Shown here one piece after another: positions 27,161 through 39,600 of a stretch of DNA of 64,000 bases (positions within the stretch are counted from its first letter, which is position 1; each line of letters begins with the position of its first letter). The DNA is from Macrostomum lignano (Eukaryota), in contig NIVC01001879.1 in the NCBI GenBank assembly GCA_002269645.1, forward strand, positions 117,564 to 181,563, read 5' to 3'. Under the pieces are notes generated by a model. The model ran no database searches and was not told the DNA's origin. It saw only the letters and a program-made list of their open reading frames with translations. Made by a program: the position numbers and the translations under genes.

Positions 27161-27849
27161 ATAAATTTGTGTAGTGAGTTCATACACAGACAATTTCACG
27201 AGTGGCGAAGCCACGAGTGACTAAAATTTATCATTGTCTATGACAAAACAATATACACAAACACATTGTCTCATGAATGTATTTTTAGAAGCCTAAAATA
27301 ATGATTCCTAAGCGTGGAATAATGAGCGTACAGCATGACACAATGCATTGTCTGTAGGATCGTCAAACAGAAAAACAATGCAAAGAATCAGCGGTCCAGT
27401 GCGTGACAACGATTGTCTGGCGAGCGCCGGTAGGACTGGGACCGCTGATTATTTATCCATTAACACTCAAAAATAGTGCAATAGAAACATTGCTATGCGC
27501 TTTCGTCTATGGCATTAGTTGGCGCCGGAAGAAGTCGAGGAGGGGGAGAGTGAGAATGGGGGTGTGGGGGCGAAGCCCCCACTTTCTAAAATGAAATATA
27601 AATAAATTTTAGTCCATGGCCCACATCGACATTAATATGCACTGTAGTTTTTTGATCCTATAAAGAGGGAGACAGAAGGTTTAAGAGAGCTGAGTAGAAA
27701 GACAGCAGATTTGATTGCTTGCATCTTTCAGTTACGCAAACAAAATCGCCATGGCTGACGCAGAGCCAACTACAGTGGCAGAAGTTCTGCCTCCTCTATT
27801 TAACTACCGAGCTATGCCGAATGGTGAGATTTCAGGAGTAACATCCGGC

Positions 27850-28353
27850 GAGTTCGACTTGATTTGCACGTCATTCGATCATGCCCAAGGTCATTAGACA
27901 GTACAGTCGAGATGCAGCGAACCGCTATAGATTCTCCGAGAAAAGCTGCAAGAGACTTTCGCTATCTTCTTGAGTTTATGAAGAACGTCAGTGAGAAAGC
28001 AGGCCTTACTAAGGTGTACACCGACCGCTGCATATGGTAGGTAGTTTGACCTGTACTTTTTCCCACCATATTCATGTGTCTCTGTGAACACATTTGAATC
28101 TAGACAAATCAGTTGCCAAATTTTCTTAAACTGCAGAGTAACTAGAGCGTGCCACCTAGATGCCTGTGGCCAGACTATCCAGGAGATCTTGCTCATCACT
28201 GGGCGAAAGTGTGAGCGAACTGTTAAGTGCTACTTATCGAGGCGTCGTGATCGCAGTTTGTATAGGGCATCTCTGGCTGTGGATCAGGCACTGGATCAGA
28301 CAGTTTCCGAAACTAATGTCATTAAGATTGTTAAGCTAGCTCGTCCAAAATAA
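27850..28353 (+). pseudogene. Decayed Crypton-type tyrosine recombinase with an intron
   Basis: MKNVSEKAGLTKVYTDRCI, then a GT-AG intron at 28037-28136, then VTRACHLDACGQTIQEILLITGRKCERTVKCY. This matches the Crypton/DUF3504 pattern AGL..YTNHxxRxT...G...I...TGH...Y with the His residues lost. The spliced R codon reads TGA. Confidence 0.65.
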
Positions 28354-29785
28354 AATCACAATAAGCGAGGCTACGATGGAGGAATGTGCGGATGTTTATC
28401 AAGAGCCTGTCCAGACCGACGGCGCACTACGTGTGCAGGCTGCTCCGTCAAAGAAGATGAAAGTGACCATTGGCGGCAGTCGCAATCTGATCGATATTAT
28501 TTTTGAGTGACGTTTCTGTGTAGGCCTGGTATTAACTGATTAACATACGATTTCTTTGTTGAACAGTTTTTGATGTTTTTCTAACATAAAAAAATAAAAA
28601 TTTTTCTTTGTTATTGTTTAAATTGCCGTTGCGTGTTAGTGTCCAAAATGACATTAACACGCATCCCACGCGCGTGTTATTGTCACCAAAAGTGCATAGC
28701 AATGTTCATACTCTAGAGTGCTCATACTTCCCCTCCATCTAACCAACTCATCCCTTTGGACCATAGACATTCTTATTTGATCCAGCGTGCAAGAATGCTT
28801 TGGAAGTCGACATATGCGTGCAGAAATGCAAGTTTCTATGGTAAAAGCACCTTGAATTTACATGTGCACTCCGTGCAGGAATGTCTATCGTGCAAGAATG
28901 TAACGCGCAATGTTTCTATATTTAGCATAACAGCCATAGACTACAAGCATAATCTTCTTTCCATCGTGCAAGAATGTTCAGACTAGCTCGCGCATATTTT
29001 GTCTATGGTTCAAGTCTAACTCCACACCCCCAGCTCCACCCTTGTCTACTTTAGCCACACATGTTGGATCAAATAAGAATGGGAATCAAGCACTTTGACT
29101 TGTGCGTCTATGGTAAAAACCCTCGTGCGCTACGCGCACTCGTGTTTCAGCCATTGACGCACTCGTCAGCGTGCTAGATTCCTCCAGTCCCAAGCATCAG
29201 TGCCACGTCAGACAACACGATTCCCGCGTTTTCGCACCAATCTGAAATAAAAAACTTCGAAACTTCAAATTGTTAGGAATCGTTAGGCATTGCTAGACGA
29301 AAAAAGTGTCATCATCCGTTGCCGCCGCAAGGAAGGGGGCTATTACTGCTAGTTAGCAAAGCAATAATAAATATGCGCACCACATACTACTGCTTTCAGC
29401 TGAATATGAATATGTCGTATGAATATGAATATGAATATGAATATTTCGTTATCGAATTGTTATAGAATTTGCCGGACAAATGATGCCATTGCACTGACTT
29501 GCTGAACAAATTGACTTTGAGAGCCACACCAGCCAATTGCTGACACTCTAGATGCCCAGCCAGAATATTTAGGTTCCATTCACACCTGAAATTTGGGAAG
29601 TCGGTAATTTTTCAATTCTGGATTGACAGACTCATCATACTGCGCTCTTTGGATATCGGTGACTTAAACTGCGGTCAGAAAAGCGAGTACCTAGCTACGG
29701 GACTAAGGTCGCTTTTCTTAGTTGCATTATTTTCGAAACGGTACATATATATACATGCATTCGCCCTGAATTCAGACACCCAAAC

Positions 29786-31513
29786 ATGCCTGACGAGAAA
29801 CCAACCGCAGTCCACAAGGCAGCAATTCTGCTACCTGTTCAAGCCTGGCTGTCAAGCACATCTGCTCACGGTTTGAGCAGACTCTCTGGTCAGCGACCAA
29901 TCTACATCAAACTAATTTGGCTTCTGGTTTTCGCCTCATTCATGACGATCTTTGTCATCCAGGTGCAAGTCTTTGTGAACAAGTACCATGAAAAGCCGCA
30001 GACGACTACCCTACAGGAGGACTCGGTGGAGTTCGAGTTCCCGGACCTGGTCATCTGCAGCACGAACATTGTGTCAGGAAGTTATCCCTACTTGCTGGAC
30101 TCACAACAAGTGTCAGAAATCAACAGCTATGTGAATAAAACCAATGAACTTTTTGACACACCCAGTCGCCCATTTGCTTCACGTAAATTTGCCCAATCTC
30201 TGATGGCGACCCTGCCTTATCGGCTGCTGAGTGACAATTTAGGCCACAGAGCCGATCAACTTGTTCTGCGAAACGCAATCAATGGAATGGGTCGAGAAAA
30301 GGTTCACTTCAGCACCTTTTACAGCCCGTCCGAGCTTAACTGTGTCCGCTTCGAGCCCACAGATGAGCAGAGAGCAGCTCTGAGCATTGAGAACAATTAT
30401 CTGGAAATTATGTTGTTCTTGGATGGTACCTTCATCAAGTTTTCCAAGAAGATTGATATCGCTCCGGTGCCTTTGGAAAAGCAATCCGGTTTCGACTTTC
30501 TTACCTGGGATCTTACCTGGGGTATCAATTTGAAGGGTTGGAGTGGAGTCAACTTGTACTTTGCTAAACGAGGTCACTACCCGAGTCCTGACTCAGTTCT
30601 GCAGCTGAGCTCTGGAAAAGAGTACACAATTAACCTGGAGATGGAGAAGCTGACACTGTCCAAGGGGATGCAGTGCCTCTCTGATCTCGAGCCCATGAGG
30701 ATTGTTAGTCCGTACAACGGGTCCGAGACGGCTTACCAGTACAGCCAGTACCTTTGCCGCTCTGAGAGAATAAACGAGTTGTTGATGAAGCATAGCGGCT
30801 GCGTGAACCACCTGCTTCCGAGAAGCAAAAGATTCGAAAGCGCCCTCGGATGCATGAACACTAATGGACCACTATTCAAAAGTAACTATCAGAAATATAA
30901 TGCTCTATTGAACAGAAATGACCACTTTTACGGATCGCTTGACCAAAAGAAAATTCAAAGATACTGCAAAAATCGACGTCCTTGCGAAACATTTAGCTAC
31001 ACCCTCACGCATTCGTCTAGCACCTGGCCCAGGTTTTACTCGTCTAATCAAGTCACGTTACTAAGGAACCTTTTAAGGATAGTCAGAAAAGGTTGTAAAC
31101 CTAAAGAAACGCATCCCGGATACGTTGACTTGGCGTCTATCCTTATGGAGATGCTAGACAACATGACCACAGAACGCAGTCTAATGGGCAGCAACTATAT
31201 GCAGGACCAGCTGATGCGAATCAAGGTCAAAGCCGGAAAATCCTTTGGACCGACAGTCACAATCCAGCGCAGCTACGAGTTGGCTAACCTCGTGTCGGAT
31301 GCTGGCGGCATTCTGGGCCTCTACATGGGCTGCTCTCTGCTGACTGTGCTGGAGGTGCTCGAGCTGCTGCACGACTGCCTGCTCGGCTGCTGTTCCGTCT
31401 GGACCGGAGCCGTGGCGCCTCGGACAGGCGACGACGAAGAGGACAAGAACGATGCGGCCGGAAGGGGGACGCGCGGCAATACGAATGCCACTTTGGTGGT
31501 CGAGCAAGTCTAA
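29786..31513 (+). CDS. Intronless DEG/ENaC channel subunit copy 2 (575 aa, intact)
   Basis: HG motif, TM1, FPxxxIC, Cys-rich ectodomain, and TM2 SDAGGILGLYMGCSLLTVLE with a GxS filter and Ser at the degenerin site. Confidence 0.93.
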   Translation: MPDEKPTAVHKAAILLPVQAWLSSTSAHGLSRLSGQRPIYIKLIWLLVFASFMTIFVIQVQVFVNKYHEKPQTTTLQEDSVEFEFPDLVICSTNIVSGSYPYLLDSQQVSEINSYVNKTNELFDTPSRPFASRKFAQSLMATLPYRLLSDNLGHRADQLVLRNAINGMGREKVHFSTFYSPSELNCVRFEPTDEQRAALSIENNYLEIMLFLDGTFIKFSKKIDIAPVPLEKQSGFDFLTWDLTWGINLKGWSGVNLYFAKRGHYPSPDSVLQLSSGKEYTINLEMEKLTLSKGMQCLSDLEPMRIVSPYNGSETAYQYSQYLCRSERINELLMKHSGCVNHLLPRSKRFESALGCMNTNGPLFKSNYQKYNALLNRNDHFYGSLDQKKIQRYCKNRRPCETFSYTLTHSSSTWPRFYSSNQVTLLRNLLRIVRKGCKPKETHPGYVDLASILMEMLDNMTTERSLMGSNYMQDQLMRIKVKAGKSFGPTVTIQRSYELANLVSDAGGILGLYMGCSLLTVLEVLELLHDCLLGCCSVWTGAVAPRTGDDEEDKNDAAGRGTRGNTNATLVVEQV

Positions 31514-34500
31514 CAAAATCAGTGAATTACATGCATGCCATCGCTATAGTCTTGACTATTTTGTCGATCAATACGACAGCTTATTTACTAAGAATTCTAT
31601 TTTCTCTATACTACAGTATATATTGTTTACAAACTCGCAAAGCATCTCTATCCGGCAATCTGGCCCGCTCAAGGTTTGTATCTCTTCTCAGCTCTCTTCT
31701 CTCTCTTCTCTTTTCTCTCCTCTTCTCTCCATCTTCTGCTCCGTTGTCTCTTCTCTTCTTCTCTGTGCCGCAGCCATGCGCTGGGTTCCCTATCTGACCT
31801 TTGAGGTATATTATATTTACATTGTCAAACGTATCCCTGAGGTGAATATATGGTTACTTTGTGTTTTAAGGACAAATATAGATTGATTGACGCGCTCAGA
31901 TAGCATCATGTTAACCCCTAAAACGCAAAAATGGAATACAATTAAGATGTGTGTGCACTGTAAATTGATTTTCCATTACCAACATTTACGAAATTGCTGT
32001 ATGTGTGCCTGTGTGTAATTCATTTATATTAGATGCTGAGTTAACTGCTGCATGCTAGCTGATCAATATCTGCGTGTACTGCAAATTTTACATTCATATG
32101 GCTACTGCAAATTAAATACAGTATGGTCTTTAACCGCATGTATGACATATATAAGTATCGTACGCGAACATGCTGAAGTATCCTAAGTATCGAATTTCGA
32201 GCTACTTGCAATGTTTGCATCAGACCAACGAGTGTGGCAAATTTTGGTCCTGCTTACATGTATTTCTGTTTGCCGATGCACGGTAGCTAGCTCACAACTT
32301 AATAGTATACTGTAGTAATTCAATCAATAGACATGGATAATAAAATTATGCATTCAATTTAACGTAATTTGTTTGGTCAATGAATGCATTATTAGAAATG
32401 GTAGTCGCTAAACAGTAATGTAAATGGCATTAAGTTATAACTAATCGTACAATGCAGAGCGTTTGTTAAGAGTGCCTGCTTTTGTCAGCGTCCTCACTCT
32501 ATGCTGTCTAGTATTAGTAGTAGGAAACAACCCTTAACGTTTTTTTTGAAATTAGCAATTTATTGATTATCATTAAATATTTGTTCTAAGCTAGTCCGTG
32601 CCCTGCTCGGCCACTAACAATTGGCTGATTGGTTGTCATGCCATTCGCATCACACGACGTTATTTGTAATGTTAGCTTATATTTGTTAGCTCGAATGGCA
32701 AAGTTATAAAGTTAAGTTATGAATTCTAATAGCGGTAGGGTTCTATAGAGAATATGTCAATGTCAAGAGCTGGTCCAAGTAAATTAAAGACTAAATAAAT
32801 CTTAGAAAAAATTAATCCGACGATAAAGGTCCTGTGTACGATCCTCCAAACTCTTACGCCTAGACCGCGAACAAGCACACAGATGGGGAACACGACTTTA
32901 ATCAACATTTAATTTGATCACCAAAAATCACGACACATAAGAAATCACATAGAAACTAAAAATAAGTACAAGTAACGACACTGTCACAAGGGCCTCCATC
33001 CTTACTCCATGGCAACCGTGTCTAGCGTCCTGAAATCTAAATTCTTTTGCTTTATCGTGCAGGTACCGGAGAGCGACCCAATTGACTCTACAACACTCGA
33101 CCAGTTCCTCCGAAGACAGCTTGCAATTGTCTTCTGCTATGGCCTAATATACGGCCTGATGTGGCCTAATGGGCGAGGCATCTTACCGCTACCTCCGTGC
33201 AGCAAAGTCAAGTACATGTAGATGTAAGTCAGCTTGCTGATGGTAACTCCAGACTCAACTGTCCTTGGCTCTGTAATCAGACAGGACTTTCTTAACGCAC
33301 CCCCCAACTTGCCAGATGTGGCAGCCAACGAACGGCTCATTCGCTGAAATTTCACGTCGCATCCTTCCACTCCTGTATTTCTATCGTACACAGCTACCCT
33401 ATAATGGCATGATCTGAAACTCAGTAAGCTTAATTGAGCACTCGTGTCACCCTGGCTGCCTCGACGAAAAGTCTACTAATCACCGCTAAGAAGTATAAAA
33501 TAAAGTAATAATTAGGAAATTACGCTTTAGTTTAATTGGACAAGCAAGAGGTAAAATAATTGCTCATTTCATCTAATCGATACCGTAGAGATCCGTCCTT
33601 GAAAATATTCGACAGTATTATTGCTTTATCTCCATGCTTTCTTCGAACTATCTCCTAACTCTTCAAATAAACGAAGTATTGTAAGTAAAATCACGGATAC
33701 CAATTGTGAAACATTGGTAATTTTATGTTTGCATTGTAAAAAAGTCGTTTGTACGCTTTGTCGATTTCAGTCAGTCAATCGGTAAGTCACCCACTCACTC
33801 AAATCAGTCGCAGTCTTTACCTTAGAACAGTTTAGAACACTCTAGAATTTGACTTTAGGTAGCTCCGGTTTGTTCTTAAAGATACAGATATCTTTAAGCT
33901 CAGCAGTCGATGAAGAGGTTGTACATGTACATGTAGATGCCAGATTTTGAGCTGTTCATGTTACGAGGGTTTTAGTGTGTGGCAGGCCGAGGGTGGAGTC
34001 AAAGCCCGCGGCTGAATCCGTCGCTTCATCGTTGTGAATACCCGAGTGTCCTGGGATACTGCATTTTTGGTGCACGTCCGGAGAGCAAACAAAGAGATTT
34101 CTTCCAGATATTGCATGTACTAGGTGACCTGGCCAATTTACCCGGAGGTCGTTGCTGGATTTATTAACGGCTATAGGGCCAATCCGAATCCCAATAAGGC
34201 ATACAGACCGCCGCTCCAGTGGGGCTAAGAGACACTCACGAAGGCGCTGTTGCGGCTGATGATGGCACCATTCTAGACAGACGCAGTCAATGTTTTTCAG
34301 CAAGTTTTTAACTCCAGTCAGTTTGGTTCAGAGCCTGGCTTTGGTTTCAGTTCCTCCTATTAGTTGTCAACCTTTTTACCGGCACGACAGCAACAACAAA
34401 ATACGCTGTCAGAGTCTTTAGAATGCAGCCTCACAGCGTCACGCTCGCCCCGATCTTGAAGGCAGTACACAGCAGTCATGCGCGCGCCGAGTCTACACTT

Positions 34501-34889
34501 TCTTCGGCAGCTACTTCTATTTGTCCGTACCTTCGATGCCTCACAAGAAAAGCATAATTTGCCAGCTGCCGAAAAAATCTATCGCCGAGATAAATGCTAA
34601 AGCAATTAGAGTCTTGCTGGAAAGAGCCAAGGAGACAGTAGTTTTCGAATTGTTATACGGTTGGCACATTTAATTTTAATTGCTATTTAGACACTTGTGT
34701 CGATTTCAAGCAAAGAAGTCACCCAACACTAGACCGATGTCGCAGGCCAATCTCGGGGCGGCGACCCATGAGTTTTTCTATTTAGGCAAGGACGCTACAG
34801 AACCCAGGTAACTTTCGACAACCACTGCAAAGCTGTGTCGCCGCAAACTTGTAGCTCAACTCTGACTTAAGAATTTGTTTTGCAGCAAT

Positions 34890-35304
34890 ATGCATCACCG
34901 GATCATGATTGTCGCTTTCGTCTGCTTGGCTGCAGTGGCCATTGGTGGGGCCAGTGGTCGGCCGATGCCGAACGCTGCCGTCGACCAGCTGACCAGTCGG
35001 CTGACCAACCATTTCATGAGGGTCTTTCTGGTGCCCCAGCTGAAGCAGAACTTGCCTGCTGGTGAAAAATCTGCTAGCGATGCATCCAACAAAATTGAAT
35101 CCGTCGGCCGAATCAAGAAAGGTATGTGCACCTTTTTTTACCGTTGGACTCTACGCTTTGAAACTGCATTCGAATCTAGTCATATTGTATAATTGTTTAT
35201 TCATTTTTCTGTCTCCCACAGGTATGGAACACTATATGCACCGGCACTCTTACATTCCAATGTTCAACTTTCTACGCGGCGCGCTTCGCATCGAGCTGCA
35301 GTAA
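34890..35304 (+). CDS. Small secreted peptide/prohormone-like protein (104 aa, 2 coding exons)
   Basis: Exons 34890-35121 and 35222-35304 joined by a 100-bp GT-AG intron in compatible phase. Hydrophobic signal peptide MHHRIMIVAFVCLAAVAIGGASG. KK site before a C-terminal peptide GMEHYMHRHSYIPMFNFLRGALRIELQ. Acceptor TTTTGCAG just upstream of the ATG. Confidence 0.72.
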
Positions 35305-35719
35305 TCAAGCAACCATTTTGATGCTTCAAAGGCGTAACTATTTTGGACTTTAATATTTCGAGTTTAACCCGGACTTGTTTTCTCGTAAGACTGTTTTATT
35401 TGTAAAAATATTAAAAGTCTAAGTCTTGACTTTGTTTTAGAAGTATACATAGCTATACATCCCTCAAAGAAAATTTAATTTCTAATGAATCCTCGTTCGT
35501 TGTGTTTCACCGTTTCACACCTTGCACACAAAGCTTCATAAAGGTTCAAACTTGTTTATTTGCTGTTTGATGCGATGTAAGTCCTGTAGATCGATGACCG
35601 CTTGTGTTGAAGTGCTAGTTGGCTCTAACTATAAATTTTGGTCGGTGTAGTTCATAATTTTATTGACTGTATTTGTTCTACTGATAATAAGTAAAATAAT
35701 TTCTTTTAATAAGTAAAAG

Positions 35720-35918
35720 ACTTGTTCACAAAGACTTGCACCTGGATGACAAAGATCGTCATGAATGAGGCGAAAGCCAGAAGCCAAATTAGTTTGATGT
35801 AGATTCGTCGCTGACCAAAGAGTCTGCTCAAAGCGTGAGCAGATGTGCTCAACAGCCAAGCTCGAGCAGGTAGAAGAATGGCTTCCTCATGGACTGCGGT
35901 GTGTTTCTCGTCAGACAT
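35720..35918 (-). pseudogene. 5' fragment of DEG/ENaC (copy 4; N-terminus and TM1 only)
   Basis: High similarity to codons 1-66 of copies 1-3. HG is changed to HA. Homology stops abruptly after VNK. Confidence 0.88.
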
Positions 35919-36610
35919 TTTTTGTCAAAATTCAAGGTAAACTTTGATATCTCTGGGATTGTGAATTAGAAGTCTAGTGCATGTATCCACTTTCCGACTG
36001 CAGTTTGAAGTTTATTTTGAAGTTTACTTTCAAGCCTTGGGTACAAGTCGACAGGACTGACTTCCCTCATTATTATACATGTACTGGGTCGCCATCATAA
36101 ACCCGAAAAATCACAAACCCGAAACATCACAAAACCGAAATATTATAACTCCAAAAACCAAAATAGTGTTGGACATTGCTAGAACTTTCGTAGTCATGAT
36201 ATTTCGGGTTTATGATATTGGCGGGCGATTCTCGCTGAGTTAAAAAGACATCAGTTGTAAACAGACTACTATCATTAGTAGCAAATGACGCCAAAATGAT
36301 TAAGCCTAAATATTAAACTATCTAGTGTGAACTCAAAATAAAATAATAAAAAATATATTTTATTGGGCAGCTACTAAAAATATAGTTGTGCATTCAGTTT
36401 TATTTAAAAATGTGTGTAGGCTTTGATTGATGTCAAGATCTTTCAGTTCTGAGTGAGCATCGGGCTGAATATTGCAAGCTACATATTAAATACACACCAT
36501 GAGTGATAAAACTAAAGCTAAGTATATTTAAACGTGTAAAATTTTCAAGCATAATCGTGAAAATTAGAAATGTCAACGCAAAAATCCAAACAATGCAATG
36601 CTACACACAG

Positions 36611-39600
36611 TCAAACGCTACTGCAGTCAAATCTGATATCACTGAGGTTTGCAGGAAACTCTGCATTGGTATAATGCGTCATTTCGGCCACTGTTGCAGT
36701 CTCGTTTAGACCCGTGCTCAACTCTGAGCAACAACTGCTGCGTCCTCCGTTTATTACTGGCGAATTTTTATTATCAAGCAGCTTGCTGCAACACCAGAAG
36801 CAGCAGTTGTATCGGCTACTGTCGCTCGATTCACCTGTCGATCTCGAACTGGATGGTAACCGATGTCTCCTAGGCTGATTGCGCCTCGGATGATGGTGGA
36901 ACCTTCTAATTGTAGACTGCCTGTGCAAATAAGGCCTTCTACGGTTGTCACCGGCGGCTGGCAGTACCAAAGACTGAGTCCTCTTGTCAAACAGACTCTC
37001 CCCAATATCGTGCTCAACTAGATCGGCGCCCAACTCTTCGTGCTCTCGCGAGACGCGCAATCCGATGGTGAGGTCGATCAGCTTCAGCAGGACAAGCGAT
37101 GTGACCGCCGACCAGGCCACAATTGCAGCGACTGCGGCCAACTGAATGCCGAGCAGACGGAATCCGCCTCCCTGATGAAAGGTGCAAGTAATGCAGGCTG
37201 TTGTTGTTTTTGGTAAATAACACTAGTTTTGAGCCAGATAAACAAATTCAACCGATTTTTATCAATTATATAATCCATCAAAACAATATTAGCCTCCATT
37301 ACACCAACATTAGCATCCATTGCACCAACATTAGCCTCCATTACACCAACATTAGCGTCTATTACGCCAACATTAGCATCCATTACACCAAGATTAGCAT
37401 CCATTACACCAACAGTAGCGTCTATTACGCCAACATTACCGTACATCACACCAACATTAGCGGTCATTGCACCAACATTAGCGGTCATTGCACCAACATT
37501 AGCGTCTATTACGCCAACATTAGCATCCATTACACCAACATTATTAGCATCCATTACACCAACATTAGCATCCATTTCACCAAGATTAGCATCCATGACA
37601 CCAAGATTAGCATCCATTACACCAACATTAGCATCCATTACACCAACATTAGCATCCATTTCACCAAGATTAGCATCCATTACACCAACATTAGCATCCA
37701 TTACACCAACATTAGCGTCCATTACACCAACATTAGCGTCCATTACACCAACATTAACATCCATTACACCAACATTAACATCCATTACACCAACATTAGC
37801 ATCCATTACAACAACATTAGCGTCCATTACACCAACATTAACATCCATTACACCAACATTAACATCCATTACACCAACATTAGCGGTCATTACACCAACA
37901 TTAACATCCATTACACCAACATTAACATCCATTACACCAACATTAGCGGTCATTACACCAATATTTCTAAAGTTATGAAGTTCATATGAACCTAATGAAA
38001 TAACTTCAATCTTGACCTCTTTGATAGATCTACATGTTGGTGTAAGAGTCATAATATTTTTTCACTTGAATTCATCCATCCATAAGAAAGTCCACAGTCA
38101 CCTTCAGACAGTCTGTGAAAAAATCTTGAAAGTCCTAAGATAAACAGCCAGTTTTCCAAAGAAAACGACGAAGTTTACCAGTTCAAAGCCGGAAATCTCT
38201 TTCTTAGAAAACTGCTACATTCTCTTTAAAACGCAACTTTGAAGTTGTTATTTTGTTCTATAAAGTTCACAAAGTGAAATAACTCTAAGGGTAAGATTTC
38301 TTAGCATCCAGGGGTATAATGAAACGATTCCCTGGCGACGGACAGACTATTATCAATTCATATTCTTCAAAAGCACTCTATGCAGAATATGAATTAGTTT
38401 GAATCAAGGTTAAAAAATCAAATAGAAGAAGAGTTCTGGAATTTAAATTAGCTGCTTCAGATAGAAATAAAATCATTATTAGCAGAAATACAATAAAAAG
38501 GATGGGTTTACGTTGCATGAAAGGGGGGCCAGTTAACATACAGTAAGGGAGAGAAGGGGAGAGAGGAGAGATAGGTTAAAGGGCAAGAGGGAGAGGCAGG
38601 GTGAGAGGGAGAGAGAGAAGTCAAGAGGAGGAAAGATTGGGAGAGAGAGGGTGAGAGGGAGAGAGAGAAGTTAAGAGGAGGAGAGAGAGGGAGAGAGAGG
38701 GAGAGAGGGAGAGAGAGAAGTTAAGAGGAGAGATTGGTAGGGAGAGTGAGGGGTAAAAAGGAGAGTGACAGAGGACGACAAAGAGAATGCAGATTTAAAC
38801 CATGTAAGCCCAGTTCTCAGAATTCGAATTAAAAATTAATAAAAGCAGCTGACCAACCAACGGCTCACATAGAACAGTCCGCTGTGATTGGTTGGCACGC
38901 CGAGTACATTCCAGTCTCTGTCTGGCAGAGCCATCAGACCCGGCGCCAGCAGGCCCCATATTGCTGCGGTGAAATGCACAGCAATCACGCCTGCGGTGAG
39001 GTGGAAAATCGCTTTTATGGTGCATTTTTTTCTGTAAAATAGGTCTGTAGATTCATCGGTACATAAGATTATAGTGTCTTTACTTGCCTCTGTAGATGAG
39101 TCTGTAAATGATTCTATAGATGAGTCTGTAAATGGTTCTGTAGATTTGTCTGTAAATGATTCTATAGATGTGTCTGTAAATGTTTCTGTAGATGAGTCTG
39201 TAAATGGTTCTGTAGATGAGTCTGTAAATGGTTCTGTAGATGAGTCTGTAAATGGTTCTGTAGATGTGTCTGTAAATGATTCTATAGATGTGTCTGTAAA
39301 TGGTTCTGTAGATTTGTCTGTAAATGGTTCTGTAGACGTCTCTGTAAATGGTTCTATAGATGTCGCTGTAAATAGTTCTATAGATGTGTCTGTAAATGGT
39401 TCTATAGACGTCTCTGTAAATGGTTCTATAGATGTGTCTGTAAATGGTTCTGTAGATGTGTCTGTAAATGGTTCTATAGACGTCTCTGTAAATGGTTATA
39501 TAGATGTGTCTGTAAATGGTTCTGTAGATGTGTCTGTAAATAGTTCTGTAATTATGATTGTAAATAGCTTTGTAGATGTGTCTGCAAATAGTTCTGTAGA

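Noticed and set aside
33009-33391. Possible small exon or ORFs (VPESDPIDSTTLDQFLRRQ...)
   Set aside because: Splice-like sites are present, but a stop precedes the donor and I see no recognisable homology. Unsupported without transcript data.
33956-34303. GC-richer segment with short ORFs
   Set aside because: Every plus-strand frame is interrupted, the minus-strand ORF has no recognisable motif, and it is possibly a decayed repeat.
35270-35290. FLRG as an FMRFamide-type amidated peptide
   Set aside because: It lacks the terminal Phe and a basic cleavage residue after Gly, so it was not called an RFamide.
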